From Bradymonadia bacterium (GTDB taxonomy: Bacteria; Myxococcota_A; Bradymonadia; UBA7976; UBA1532): a DNA stretch of 64,000 bases. Where the stretch lies: positions 1 to 64,000 of the forward strand of contig JBKAGE010000039.1 of NCBI GenBank assembly GCA_046290225.1, written 5' to 3'. The notes under the pieces are model-generated. The model searched no databases. It worked only from the letters and a program-made list of their open reading frames with translations, and had not been told where the DNA came from. Shown piece by piece: positions 18,170 through 28,670 of the stretch (positions within the stretch are counted from its first letter, which is position 1; each line of letters starts with the position of its first letter). The translations under genes and the position numbers were made by a program.

Positions 18170-19263
18170 GAGGCACGATGAAAGCCGCCCGCAGGCCCGC
18201 GGCACACCGATCGGATGTCCGCTTGATGGTGGTGAGTGGTCTCGACGACATCACCCATCATCGACCAGAAAATTTGCCCGAGTTGCTCTGCCCTGGGGAT
18301 CTGCTCGTTCTCAATGATGTGGCCACTCTGCCAGCGTCGTTGAGCGGCAGAGTCCTCGGAGGGCTGCCACTGGAGGTGCGCCTCACGGAGCCGCCTGTGC
18401 ACGGAGAAGCCTGGGTGGTTCTCTTCGGCGAGGGCTCCTGGCGCACCGACACCGACGAGCGGGGGCCGCCGCCGATCCTCGCGCTGGGCGACCGGTTGGT
18501 GCTCGGGGATCTCTCGGCGGTTGTCGCTGAGGTTGATCGAGAGAGCCCCCGGCTGGTCCGGCTGCGGTTCGACGCTCGAGGTGATGTGTTGTGGTCCGGG
18601 CTCTATGCCCACGGCCGGCCGATCCAATACCGCCACCTGGAGGCGGAGCCGGATCTCTGGTCGTTCCAGACGGTGTTCGGCGGGCCACCCTGGGCAGTGG
18701 AAATGCCCTCTGCAGGGCGCCCGCTCACCTGGGACACCCTGGAGGCTCTGCGGAGACGCGGGGTGCGGATCGCCACGGTGAGCCACGCCGCGGGCCTCTC
18801 CGCCACAGGTGACGCGCAGCTCGACGCACGCTTACCGCTGCCGGAGCGCACCTGGGTGCCCGAGGCCACGGTGCAGGCCATCGAGCAGACGCGAGCTGCA
18901 GGCGGCCGAGTCGTAGCCACAGGCACCACTGTGGTGCGGGCCCTCGAAGGCCGTGTCGCCGCATGGGGTCACCTGGTGGCCGGAGAGACCATCACCACCC
19001 TGCGCATCGATCCCACGATGCAGCTGCAGGTGGTGGACGCGATTTTGACGGGCATGCATGCCCGCCACGAGAGCCACTACGCACTGTTGGGGGCCTTCGT
19101 GGGATCTGAAGTGTTGGAGCGCGCGTGGTGGGACGCCGTGGACGCGGACTATCACAGCCACGAGTTCGGCGACTTGGCCCTGATCTGGGCTGAGAGGGCC
19201 TCGGGGCCCTATGTACGGCAGCGCCGGCCGCCCTGTGAGATCGAGCACCAGGCGTCGATCTGA
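18166..19263 (+). CDS. QueA-like (SAM:tRNA ribosyltransferase-isomerase family) protein
   Basis: GDLLVLND, FQTVF...EMPSAGRP, GTTVVRALE, HEFGD; ATGA overlap with the SDR. Confidence 0.85.
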   Translation: MRGTMKAARRPAAHRSDVRLMVVSGLDDITHHRPENLPELLCPGDLLVLNDVATLPASLSGRVLGGLPLEVRLTEPPVHGEAWVVLFGEGSWRTDTDERGPPPILALGDRLVLGDLSAVVAEVDRESPRLVRLRFDARGDVLWSGLYAHGRPIQYRHLEAEPDLWSFQTVFGGPPWAVEMPSAGRPLTWDTLEALRRRGVRIATVSHAAGLSATGDAQLDARLPLPERTWVPEATVQAIEQTRAAGGRVVATGTTVVRALEGRVAAWGHLVAGETITTLRIDPTMQLQVVDAILTGMHARHESHYALLGAFVGSEVLERAWWDAVDADYHSHEFGDLALIWAERASGPYVRQRRPPCEIEHQASI

Positions 19264-19353
19264 TGGGGTGATTTGAAAATATCTTTATGCATGCGTGCCA
19301 TCCCAACGCAGGGCGGTGTCGAACTGTTCGAATCCGCGCTTTGGGAGGCTGTC

Positions 19354-20289
19354 ATGCGATTTTCTCTTCACGCTCTGGTGCTGTTGTCCGGCCTCTTCTT
19401 CTGCAACCACAGTTATGGCCAGGCGTGGGTGCAGCCACCAGGTCACGCTTATATGAAGGTGAGCTACGGCTCATCGACTGCGCGGGACCAGTACGCCTTC
19501 GACGGTCGCCGCAAGCCCTACGCCGATGATGTGCAGGGGAACGCGTTCTTCGATCGCAGCATGTACTTCTATGGCGAGTTCGGCCTGCTGCCCACGCTGA
19601 CCCTCTCGGCGACGGCGGCCTACAAACGCACCATCGTCACCGACGGCAGCTTCCGCTACGAGAGCGGGGCCATGGGCGACTCGGAGCTGGGCCTGCGCTG
19701 GTCCCCGAGCATGGTGAAGCGGTGGTTGCCTTCTGGCGGCTCGGCCTCTCTCAACCTGAAGGCGGGCCTGCCCACTGGATACGCCCGCAACATCACGCCG
19801 GCACCCGGCGAGGGCCCGGCGAGCGCCACACTGAGCCTCGACTACGGCCAGAGCCTCAGCGGCTGGGGATACACCCAGGTGGGCCTGGGCTACCGGGTGC
19901 GCACAGGGTGGTACGGCCTGTCTTCGGCTGTGCCCTGCGAGCCTGGGGTCGATCGGACCTGCGTCGCCGACGAGCGTCCGGATCTCGGCGACGAGGTCGT
20001 GGGCCGCGCCGAGTTGGGCGTGCGGCCCTGGCCATGGCTGCTGGTCCAGGGTCAGGGAGAGCTGGTGTGGTCGCCCGAGGCCCCCACGGTGGGCTTCGCC
20101 GTGGGCCAGACTCAGCCGGTACACCGCCGCTGGCTCAGGACCAATGTGGGCCTGCTCGTGGAGCCGGTGCAGCATCTCGGCCTGAGCGCCACGGTGGGTG
20201 GTACGATTTGGGGCCAGAACACGGTGCGATCCTTCGACGTGTTCTTCGGCATCTCCACCGACTTCCAGCTCTGGTCCTCAGGCGGCTGA
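19354..20289 (+). CDS. Secreted probable outer-membrane beta-barrel protein
   Basis: Signal peptide followed by AWVQPPG; alternating aromatic/hydrophobic strands. Confidence 0.6.
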   Translation: MRFSLHALVLLSGLFFCNHSYGQAWVQPPGHAYMKVSYGSSTARDQYAFDGRRKPYADDVQGNAFFDRSMYFYGEFGLLPTLTLSATAAYKRTIVTDGSFRYESGAMGDSELGLRWSPSMVKRWLPSGGSASLNLKAGLPTGYARNITPAPGEGPASATLSLDYGQSLSGWGYTQVGLGYRVRTGWYGLSSAVPCEPGVDRTCVADERPDLGDEVVGRAELGVRPWPWLLVQGQGELVWSPEAPTVGFAVGQTQPVHRRWLRTNVGLLVEPVQHLGLSATVGGTIWGQNTVRSFDVFFGISTDFQLWSSGG

Positions 20290-20403
20290 GCCCCAGGGCA
20301 GGCCGCCCCGACATCGAACATTTCTGAAATCAGCGTCTTCAGCGCTCGCGGCGGCGAGAAGCCACCGGTGCGCCCTGTCTTTGCCATGAATCGGAGGATA
20401 CTC

Positions 20404-21531
20404 ATGTTCCAGCCCGCACGACCCCTGACCTCTCTTCGTCAGCACCGCCCTCGCCGCCCTCAGATCTCTCGACGAGATTTCATGAGACAGACCGCCGCGG
20501 GGATCCTCGGCGTCGCCGCCGCGGGGTGCGGCTACCAGAGCCTCACGGCCCTGGTGCCCGGCGTCGCCGTACCGTTCCTCACCCCCACTGATCGTCACTA
20601 CATGAAGAACGGCGCCGAGGGTTCCATCGCCGGCTGGCGACAACCTCGGATCGACCCGGAGAGCTGGCGCCTGACCATCGATGGGCTCGTCGATCGCCCG
20701 CTGACCATCAGCCTCGCCGAGCTGGGGCCGCCGCGTATGGCGATCCTCAAGACCCTGCAGTGTGTGGTGGACAGCAACAGCGCCGAAGGGTTGGTGGGTA
20801 CCGGGCTCTGGGGTGGGGTGCCTCTCTACGAGCTGCTCGATCGAGCGGGGCTGCAGCCCGAGACACAGCGGCTGCGCTTCTTCGGCGCCGACGGCTTCAC
20901 CAACAACCTGCCCCTCGATCGTCTACGAGGCGGCCCGGAGCTGCCCCCCGTGTTGCTGGTGACCCACATGAACGGCGAGCCTCTGCCCGCCGAGCACGGG
21001 GCCCCGGTGCGTCTGCTGGTGCCCGATGGCTTCGGCTACGCCAGCATCAAGTGGCTCACCCGCATCGAGGCCACGGCCGACACCAGCCCCTTCGGCACCT
21101 ACCAGGACACGGGCTTCACCAACGAGAGCCGCACCCCGATCTCGAGCCGGATCACCGCCCCCCTCGACAACCTGCGGATGCCCGCAGGGGTGGTGACGGT
21201 ACACGGGGTGGCCACCAGCGGCTTCACCGGCGTGGATCGGGTAGAGGTCGCTGTCGGCGACGGCCCCTGGCTCGACGCCAACCTCGCCACCGAGGCCCAG
21301 CTGCTGTCGACGTACCCGGAGCTGAGTGAGGCGGAGCAGTTCAAGGGGGGCTACAGCTTCCCCTTCACCGGGGTGTGGGTGCCCTGGAGCTTCGCCTTCG
21401 ACGCTGCCCCCGGTCGTTACACGATCCGGGTCAGGGCCGTCGATCGGTTCGGCCAGTCACAACCTGAGAGAGACACCACAATTGCCGATGGCATCACTGC
21501 CTGGCCCTCAGTCCGCGTGGAGGTGGCCTGA
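20404..21531 (+). CDS. Sulfite-oxidase-family molybdopterin oxidoreductase, Tat-exported
   Basis: SRRDFM Tat motif, TLQC Mo-ligand Cys, HGAPVRLLVP..GYASIKWL, C-terminal Ig-like dimerisation domain. Confidence 0.88.
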   Translation: MFQPARPLTSLRQHRPRRPQISRRDFMRQTAAGILGVAAAGCGYQSLTALVPGVAVPFLTPTDRHYMKNGAEGSIAGWRQPRIDPESWRLTIDGLVDRPLTISLAELGPPRMAILKTLQCVVDSNSAEGLVGTGLWGGVPLYELLDRAGLQPETQRLRFFGADGFTNNLPLDRLRGGPELPPVLLVTHMNGEPLPAEHGAPVRLLVPDGFGYASIKWLTRIEATADTSPFGTYQDTGFTNESRTPISSRITAPLDNLRMPAGVVTVHGVATSGFTGVDRVEVAVGDGPWLDANLATEAQLLSTYPELSEAEQFKGGYSFPFTGVWVPWSFAFDAAPGRYTIRVRAVDRFGQSQPERDTTIADGITAWPSVRVEVA

Positions 21532-21532
21532 T

Positions 21533-22459
21533 ATGTTGAAGCTTTATCCCCCCATTCTGCTCGCAGCCCTGGCCCTCTGTGGCTGCGAAGTGCTCGATCC
21601 CGCTCCGGGCCCACAGCCCGTGAGCAACGCGGTGCCTCCTGGATCCTCGAGCGTGCCAGGGGCCACGCCTGGGACCGGCTCTGCAGGCAGCAGCGCCACT
21701 GTGGCCCATGGCGAGGCGCTCTATTTCCAGTATTGCGCTGTGTGTCACGGCGCCGACGGCGGCGGCGCGGGTCCGTATCCTGGTTCGATTCAAGGGGCCA
21801 CCGACATGTTCCAGGTGGTCACCCAGGGCGCAGGCGAGATGCCGGGGTTCCCCCAGCTCAACGCCGATGATGTGCGGGCGATGGAGGCATGGCTCGCCAC
21901 ATTCGTCAACGGTGGCTCAGGTGGAGCAGGGGTGTCTCGAGATGGCCTGGGCGCCTACGCTGTGGCCTGTGCCGGATGTCACGGCGCCACGGGAGAGGGC
22001 CATCGCCGTGGCCCGCAATTGCGCAGCCCAGTGGTGCCCTACGCCACCCACATCACCCGGAACGGTCGCTCCGGCGTGGGCTATGACGACGCGATGCCTG
22101 CATACGGTCACGCGGAGATCTCCGACACAGAGCTCGAGGAGATGCTCGCCTGGCTGGGCAGCTTCCCCAAGCCCACCGACGGCGCTGGGCTCTATGGGCG
22201 CTTCTGCGCCAACTGCCACGGCGCAGACGGCCGGGGGGGGCCGACCAGAGCGAGCATCCGCGGGGACGATCTCGGCGATTGGTTCGAGGCGATCCGCGAA
22301 GGGGAAGGGGGCCGCAACTACGGCAGCCGAGGTGACTATATGCCCCGTTGGAGCCGCTCGGCGATCACCGACGACGAGGTGCGGAAGATGTACCAGCACA
22401 TCAGAGGTGGTGGGGGCTCAACCTCTGCAGGGGATGAAGAGGAGGAAGACGACGACTGA
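21533..22459 (+). CDS. Triheme c-type cytochrome lipoprotein
   Basis: CAVCH, CAGCH, CANCH each followed by an MP axial Met; lipobox LCGC. Confidence 0.9.
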   Translation: MLKLYPPILLAALALCGCEVLDPAPGPQPVSNAVPPGSSSVPGATPGTGSAGSSATVAHGEALYFQYCAVCHGADGGGAGPYPGSIQGATDMFQVVTQGAGEMPGFPQLNADDVRAMEAWLATFVNGGSGGAGVSRDGLGAYAVACAGCHGATGEGHRRGPQLRSPVVPYATHITRNGRSGVGYDDAMPAYGHAEISDTELEEMLAWLGSFPKPTDGAGLYGRFCANCHGADGRGGPTRASIRGDDLGDWFEAIREGEGGRNYGSRGDYMPRWSRSAITDDEVRKMYQHIRGGGGSTSAGDEEEEDDD

Positions 22460-22566
22460 GTCAGCGCCCGACCTGGAGCAGGCTCGACAAAGAACAACCT
22501 TCATGGTTCATGCAGACCTCGATGAGCGCCGCGCTCGAACGTTGGCGCATCGATTGAGGAGATGAG

Positions 22567-22842
22567 ATGGACACGAGAGCCCGAGTCGCTGAACTGCTCG
22601 CCGAGATCCTGGAGCATGTCACCGGAGGTCTCGAGGCCGAGCCGGATCTGCCACTTGGATCGTTGGAGCTGGGATTCGAAGGCCTCATCGCCTGTACCGG
22701 GCGGGCCTTCGGGCTCCCCGAGGGCTGGGTGGGCAATGGCGAAGCCGTCAATGACACGTTCGATGTGATGGTGGACCACGTCGCCGCATATTGGGACGGC
22801 GCCACGGTGAACGAAGACTGGCCCGACCTCTCTGAATTGTAG
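22567..22842 (+). CDS. Small acidic hypothetical protein
   Basis: GAGGAG RBS region; coding-like bias. Confidence 0.55.
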   Translation: MDTRARVAELLAEILEHVTGGLEAEPDLPLGSLELGFEGLIACTGRAFGLPEGWVGNGEAVNDTFDVMVDHVAAYWDGATVNEDWPDLSEL

Positions 22843-22971
22843 GCTGCGCTGCCGTTGTCGATGTGGTGCGGCGCACAATAGAGTTGCTGTTCTCGATTCC
22901 GCCGGTACACTCCCGCGCTCTTTGTGAGGTGCTCGTCGCGCCTCTCATATGAAGCACCGAGGGAGCGACCC

Positions 22972-24444
22972 ATGCTCGAGACGCTCAAGACCCAATGGCT
23001 GCAGAACCCCAAGGCCGATCTCATGGCCGGGGGGGTGGTGGCCCTGGCGCTGATCCCCGAGGCCATCGCCTTCTCGATCATCGCTGGCGTCGATCCTGCT
23101 GTGGGGCTCTACGCCTCGTTCTGCATCGCTGTGGTGACGGCTCTCGCTGGCGGACGCCCGGGGATGATCTCCGCCGCCACTGGCGCCATGGCCCTCGTGG
23201 CCATGCCCCTCGTGCGCGATCATGGGTTGTCCTACCTGCTCGCCGCCACCCTGCTCACAGGGGTGATCCAGATCGCCTTCGGCTCGCTGCGGCTCGGGCG
23301 CTATATGCGCTTTGTACCCAAAGCGGTGATGACGGGCTTTGTGAACTCTCTGGCGGTGCTCATCTTCATGGCGCAGCTGCCTCAGCTCGAAGGGGGTGGT
23401 GTGCTGGCTTTGGGGTTGGTGGCCCTTGGGCTGGCCATCATCTACGGCCTGCCACGGCTCACCACGGCGATACCCTCGCCCATGGTGGCCATTGTGGTGG
23501 TGACGGCGTTGTGCTGGACCTTGAAGCTCGACGTGCGCACCGTGGGTGATCTCGGGGCCTTGCCCGAGGGGTTGCCGGTCTTTGCGCTGCCTCAGGTGCC
23601 TCTCACCTGGGAGACCCTCGAGATCATCACCCCCACAGCATTCGCGTTGGCCCTCGTGGGTCTCATCGAGAGCCTGCTCACCGCCAAGATCATCGACGAG
23701 ATGACCGACACCGACAGCTGCCGCCACGTGGAATCCCGTGGACAGGGGATCGCCAACATCGTGGCGGGGCTCTTCGGCGGTATGGCGGGCTGCGCCATGA
23801 TCGGGCAGTCGGTGATCAACGTGAAGAGCGGCGGCCGCGGTCGTCTCTCCACTCTGGTGGCGGGGCTTTTCCTGCTCGTGCTGGTGGTGGGCCTCGGCGA
23901 GCTGGTGGCGCAGATCCCCATGGCGGCTCTGGTGGCGGTGATGTTCATGGTGTCGCTGAGCACCTTTGACTGGTCCTCTCTCAAGCGCATGACCGTGATG
24001 CCCCGGAGCGAGGCCATTGTGCTGGTGGTCACCGTGGCGGTGGTGATCACCACCCACGACCTCTCCAAGGGGGTCATCGCCGGGGTGCTGTTGAGCGCGC
24101 TGTTCTTCGCCCGAGTGGTGGCCAAGCTGATCTACGTCACCGAGACCTATGACGAAGCTGATGACACCCAACACATCAGGGTGAGCGGGCAGCTGTTCTT
24201 CGCCTCAGTGGAGTCGTTCCTGGAGCTGGCGCGGCCCCGAGAAGGGGCGAAGCGCATGGTGGTGGATTTCACCGCCTCCCACGTGTGGGACGAGTCGGCG
24301 GTGGCGGCCATCGACAAGCTGGTGCTCGCCGCCAAGGGTCGAGGCATGGAGACGAAGCTCGTGGGTCTCAATGAGGCGAGCGCCTCGCTGCTGACGCTCT
24401 CTGCCCAACACGACAAGCCTGGTGCGGCCGTCGGACACCACTGA
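22972..24444 (+). CDS. SulP family anion transporter with STAS domain
   Basis: [38 protein letters not shown]. Confidence 0.93.
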   Translation: MLETLKTQWLQNPKADLMAGGVVALALIPEAIAFSIIAGVDPAVGLYASFCIAVVTALAGGRPGMISAATGAMALVAMPLVRDHGLSYLLAATLLTGVIQIAFGSLRLGRYMRFVPKAVMTGFVNSLAVLIFMAQLPQLEGGGVLALGLVALGLAIIYGLPRLTTAIPSPMVAIVVVTALCWTLKLDVRTVGDLGALPEGLPVFALPQVPLTWETLEIITPTAFALALVGLIESLLTAKIIDEMTDTDSCRHVESRGQGIANIVAGLFGGMAGCAMIGQSVINVKSGGRGRLSTLVAGLFLLVLVVGLGELVAQIPMAALVAVMFMVSLSTFDWSSLKRMTVMPRSEAIVLVVTVAVVITTHDLSKGVIAGVLLSALFFARVVAKLIYVTETYDEADDTQHIRVSGQLFFASVESFLELARPREGAKRMVVDFTASHVWDESAVAAIDKLVLAAKGRGMETKLVGLNEASASLLTLSAQHDKPGAAVGHH

Positions 24445-24539
24445 CCTACGGCTGCCCACCCCTTGCCCAAAATGGGGCACCCCATTACTCTCGGTGTTCC
24501 GATCAGGCACTGTCCGTCTGACACATGAGGGTGAAGTCG

Positions 24540-25247
24540 ATGAGCCATCACAAGTTGACCGATGGGGGTCGGTCACAGAGCCAGATCGCCGAGGCCATGT
24601 GTGGCCCCGAGCATCAAAGCTCAGTCCAATCTCAGTTGGGGTGGAACAACTACATCAGGCGCATCTACCCCATCGACGATCTCTCTGATCTGACCGACAG
24701 CCAGCGGACCTACATCGAGACCCTCCAGGCCATCGAGAAGCACAATCCCGAAGCAGCCCCTGACGAGATCGCCATGGCGATCTCGCTGCTGCTCTGGGAA
24801 GGCCGGATCTGGGATCGAGATGGTGCAGCAAGCGATGTGACCAATGTCGCTGGCCTGCCGCTCGTGATGGATTACCAGGGGGGCGAGGGCTACAACGACG
24901 TCAAACTCACCCCCGAGCAGGAGAAGTTCCTGCGTGAGTCGAGGCAGGTCTCCGATCGGCAGGGCACACCGTCGGGCGTCACCCACACCTTCCCCGCCGT
25001 GGCCGCCATGGCCGGCCGTGAGGGCACCGCCGCCGGTGCGGTGAACACCCACATGGTGACCTCTGGGGGTGACTTCATCCAAGACATGGCGCGGGTGATC
25101 GTCGAGCAGGATCTCAATGTGTTTCGCGAGGCCGAAGCCCGTGACAACGAGCGGGCCATCGAGGTGGCGCACAAGAACGCGGGCAGCGGCCGGAAGCTCT
25201 CCGAGTGCCTGCTCGAAGAGTTCCGGATAGACAATATGGAGGATTGA
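24540..25247 (+). CDS. Hypothetical protein
   Basis: Long ORF with strong GC3 bias; no recognised motif. Confidence 0.7.
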   Translation: MSHHKLTDGGRSQSQIAEAMCGPEHQSSVQSQLGWNNYIRRIYPIDDLSDLTDSQRTYIETLQAIEKHNPEAAPDEIAMAISLLLWEGRIWDRDGAASDVTNVAGLPLVMDYQGGEGYNDVKLTPEQEKFLRESRQVSDRQGTPSGVTHTFPAVAAMAGREGTAAGAVNTHMVTSGGDFIQDMARVIVEQDLNVFREAEARDNERAIEVAHKNAGSGRKLSECLLEEFRIDNMED

Positions 25248-25252
25248 TTCTG

Positions 25253-25918
25253 TCAGTTGAAGGTGGCGGAGAACTCCAACGCACCGCCGCCGAACCCTGC
25301 GTCGACGTCCCGGTTCAGGTTGTCCTCACCCCCGCCGCCTCCGCCGTAGACAGAGAGGGCCACTCCGAGCCCCCAGTTCTCGGAGACCCACCACTCCTTG
25401 CCCACCTTCACCCGGCCCAGAGCGCCATAGCCCACCTCGATGAGGTCGACGTCATTGGCACCCGAGGTGTCGGTGAGCTGAGCGGCGATGGCCATGATCG
25501 AGCCTGACAGGTAGATGTTGTAGGGCATCCAGTAGTAGGTCACCCCACCACCGACGCCGCCGAGGACCAGCTCGTGGTCGTTCAGGTTGAGATCGAGGTT
25601 GTTGTCATCTTCTCCGTCGAGGTCGTTGGTGGTGGCGCCGAGGAAGTCGGCGTGCAGGATCAGGTTCTTCGTGATGGCGTGGCCAATCGAGAGCTCGAAC
25701 TGGCTGCCAGAACCACTCACGGAGTAGTCGGTGCCACCCTCGACCTCGAAGGCTGCGCCGATGCCGCCAGGGCCCGTGGTCATCCGTAGGAAGAAGCCGT
25801 CATGGGTCTCGGCGCCGGTCTGGAGCTGTCGAGTGATCTCGGGGGCTTCGGCGGCAGCGGTGAAGGGGGCGGCGAAAGGCACGGTGAGGGCGAACAGGGC
25901 AGGGATCATACGGGACAT
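25253..25918 (-). CDS. Outer-membrane beta-barrel protein
   Basis: Signal peptide, HDGFFLR, GKEWWVSENWGLG, C-terminal SATFN. Confidence 0.75.
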   Translation of the reverse strand: MSRMIPALFALTVPFAAPFTAAAEAPEITRQLQTGAETHDGFFLRMTTGPGGIGAAFEVEGGTDYSVSGSGSQFELSIGHAITKNLILHADFLGATTNDLDGEDDNNLDLNLNDHELVLGGVGGGVTYYWMPYNIYLSGSIMAIAAQLTDTSGANDVDLIEVGYGALGRVKVGKEWWVSENWGLGVALSVYGGGGGGEDNLNRDVDAGFGGGALEFSATFN

Positions 25919-26069
25919 TGCGTCTCTCCTATGTGTTGATGCCCGGCTCCTTGAGCAGCCTCCGTGCCAAATGTGTGAGTTGTTTGATTTCAGGTGGTTA
26001 GCTGGTTGTGTCCGTGTCCTGACCGCTCAAGCGGACACAAAGTGACCGTTGTGGACGGACGAGTGTCTG

Positions 26070-28406
26070 CTACTGACCCTGCATCGCCGCCGCCCGCTCT
26101 TCGGCGATCTCCCACATACGCACCACCGCCTCTGCCGAGCGGAACAGCGGCTCGAGATCCTCGTCGGTGGCGCCGTCGAGGCGGGCGTCTTCGATCAGCT
26201 CTGGCAACAAGCCGATGTGCAAGAAGCCCTCGGTGTTGAAGTCTACCTCGCGATCAGCGAGCTGGGGCCTCTGGAACTCCACCGTGCCGTCGTGGGAGGT
26301 GAAGGGGTACTCTACGGGGTTCGCCTGAGGCTGAGGGCAGTTGCTCTGCTCACCGAAACGGGGCCGACGAGCGCCAGCGAAGCCGTTGAGATCGAAGCCC
26401 AGGGCCGTGCCGGGGTGTGCCCCGGCGTCGACCCGCTCTGCAGAGCGGGTGGTGATGTTGCTGATGATCCGGCCTGGGCCGTCGACGTCGGCGCAGCCCC
26501 GCATGTTGATCTGGGTCATACCCCCTTGACGCATGAGGGCGCCGTCGTGGGTGTTCCCGTGGGTGGACAGTGCGGGGTAGGACTTCTCCTCGAGGATCTC
26601 CAGCGTGCGTTGGAGCGAGCGCTGGGGCAGGTGGGCGATGTCGGCGAGCATGCCCCGACGCATCATCTCGTCGAGCAGGGTTTCGCCGAGCTCTGTGAGG
26701 GTGGCGGTCTGGCAGTAGTTGCCCTCCGCAGGGCCCGAAAGCAGTCCGCTGAGGTGAGGCGTCAGCGTGGCGATGGGATCTTCAGCAAAGCCCGACATAT
26801 CCACCACCGGCGGGTCGAGGTAGTCGTTCCGAGGTTGATTGAGTTCCGAGAAGGTCAGGCCGCCCTGATCGAAGCTCTGCATGCCCAGGGGACAGTTCTC
26901 AGTCTTGCTGGTGTAGTGGCCGGTGTTGATGAAGTTGCCCATCTCGATCACCCCATCCATGCCGTCGCCAGGACCAAAGCCGTTGTCGAACTTGTGCACG
27001 GGGAACACGATGCGCACGCCCTGGTCGTAGTAGCGATCGAGAGATGCCCTGACCGAGTCTGCCGTACAGCGCTCGAAGCCCTCGGGCGGGGTCAGGAAGC
27101 AGTCGAAGACGTTGGAGATCTCGATGCCGAGCACGATGGCCAGCTTGCCCTCGTTGATGACCTGTCGGGCCTCGGCGGGGCTGGTGACGATGCGCATCCA
27201 GCCCTGACCCGGGCCGCCGGACTGGGCGTCGATGTAGCGCTCGAGCTGTCGGATCGCCTCGATGCTGCGATCGGTGGTGAGCATGTCGTTGCAGCCATAG
27301 CGACCCACCTGAGTGCCCAGGCCGATGCCGAACTCACAGAGCACCGAGTTCCCGGTCACGTGCTGGAACACCAGCCTCAGCCCGCCACGCCAGGCGCGCT
27401 CGAGCCACTTGTAGTACATCGTCTGGTGGGTGCTGCGCTTCCAGGCGTTGGGCCACTCGCTGAAGGTGGGGTAGCCGTCGGTGAAGTGGTTGAACTCGTT
27501 GGTCTCCCCAGCGGTGAGGATGGGCAGCAGCGAGGCCACGTCGAAGCTGTCCAGGCCACCGTCGAAGGCGAGGCCCACAAGATCTTTGCGCCCTTCGTTG
27601 CCGTGATAGGGGGCGCAGTCGGGCAGCGCGTGCTCCACCCCGAGAGGGTGGAACGGCGCACCGTGGAACATGTTGCTGCCGCCGAAGGCCACATTGGTGA
27701 ACATGTGGGAGTGCACCTCGGCGATGCCGTACAGATCACCATCGGGCCACTCGCGGGGGCCAGGCATGCCCTCGGCGTCGATGGTGAGTTCTGGGAACGC
27801 GGCGCAGCCCTCTGCAGGGAAGAAGGCGATGACCGAAGCGTCGGCCTCTTCGGCGAGCCCATCGAGGGCGAGGTATTGCCCCGAGGCCTTGTGCTGCAGC
27901 TGGAACCGGTTGGGGTCTTTGCTCGACACCTGCATCACCCACTCCGCCGGTGATTCGAAGCTGTCGTCGAGCAACGAGATCTTGGAGTCGAGCTCACTGG
28001 GCGCGGTGAAGCGCCACGCCCCATCGTTCTCCTCGGCCACGAGGTAGCGCCCCTCGGTGTCGTAGAGCAGGTAAGTGGCGAGATCGCTCGGCTGGAGCCT
28101 GAACTTCACCGCGTCGTCGCCCTCGCCAAATGCGTATCCGCCGTCGGCGCTCTGGATCATCTGTACCGAGGCGCCGTCGTACCCCTCCACCGTGTAGCAC
28201 CCGTGTACGAACCCGTAGATGCCGTCGTTGGGCGGGGCGCCGTCACGAGGCGGGGCCGCGTCAGGCGTGCCGACGTCGGCGAGGCCACCTGCACCACCCG
28301 CTGCACTGTCTGCTTCCGGGCTGTCTTGTGAGCCGCCGTCGTCACAGCCGGCGAGGGAGAGAGCGAGGCACGCCGCGATGCGGCACCAAGTGGGGTAGGG
28401 GCGCAT
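26070..28406 (-). CDS. Lipoprotein with membrane-dipeptidase/amidohydrolase-like domain
   Basis: Lipobox LAGC-DDG; HSH, LGIE, VHKFDN, DIAH, STH, DLNG, HIGLLPELIED motifs. Confidence 0.8.
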   Translation of the reverse strand: MRPYPTWCRIAACLALSLAGCDDGGSQDSPEADSAAGGAGGLADVGTPDAAPPRDGAPPNDGIYGFVHGCYTVEGYDGASVQMIQSADGGYAFGEGDDAVKFRLQPSDLATYLLYDTEGRYLVAEENDGAWRFTAPSELDSKISLLDDSFESPAEWVMQVSSKDPNRFQLQHKASGQYLALDGLAEEADASVIAFFPAEGCAAFPELTIDAEGMPGPREWPDGDLYGIAEVHSHMFTNVAFGGSNMFHGAPFHPLGVEHALPDCAPYHGNEGRKDLVGLAFDGGLDSFDVASLLPILTAGETNEFNHFTDGYPTFSEWPNAWKRSTHQTMYYKWLERAWRGGLRLVFQHVTGNSVLCEFGIGLGTQVGRYGCNDMLTTDRSIEAIRQLERYIDAQSGGPGQGWMRIVTSPAEARQVINEGKLAIVLGIEISNVFDCFLTPPEGFERCTADSVRASLDRYYDQGVRIVFPVHKFDNGFGPGDGMDGVIEMGNFINTGHYTSKTENCPLGMQSFDQGGLTFSELNQPRNDYLDPPVVDMSGFAEDPIATLTPHLSGLLSGPAEGNYCQTATLTELGETLLDEMMRRGMLADIAHLPQRSLQRTLEILEEKSYPALSTHGNTHDGALMRQGGMTQINMRGCADVDGPGRIISNITTRSAERVDAGAHPGTALGFDLNGFAGARRPRFGEQSNCPQPQANPVEYPFTSHDGTVEFQRPQLADREVDFNTEGFLHIGLLPELIEDARLDGATDEDLEPLFRSAEAVVRMWEIAEERAAAMQGQ

Positions 28407-28624
28407 GATGGACCTTGTCGTGTCGGAGGGTGGGCCAGCTTACCCCCAGCGCGCTTTGGCCATCAACCTGCCGGTCACATCGACGAAGATTCCGTCGAGA
28501 GCGTGAACCATTCGCTGGGATCATGGGCGGAGAACAGCGTGATCTCGTCCTGATGCTCTGCTTTGAGCACCCGCAGTCGCTCCTGGTTGTGGCCTGGTGA
28601 GACGAATTGTGGGGGACCAGCCCC

Positions 28625-28670
28625 CTGAACGTGCACGGTTCTGATCGTGCACTGTTCTGATCGCACTGTG
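28625..28670 (+). repeat. Degenerate tandem repeat, 3 x ~16 bp CTGAWCGTGCACKGTT
   Basis: Units at 28625, 28641, 28657 in a divergent intergenic region. Confidence 0.7.

Noticed and set aside
26049..27953. Long antisense ORFs (also 3003-4859, 22945-24174, 38202-39341, 52326-53903)
   Set aside because: Shadow frames opposite well-supported genes, typical of high-GC DNA.
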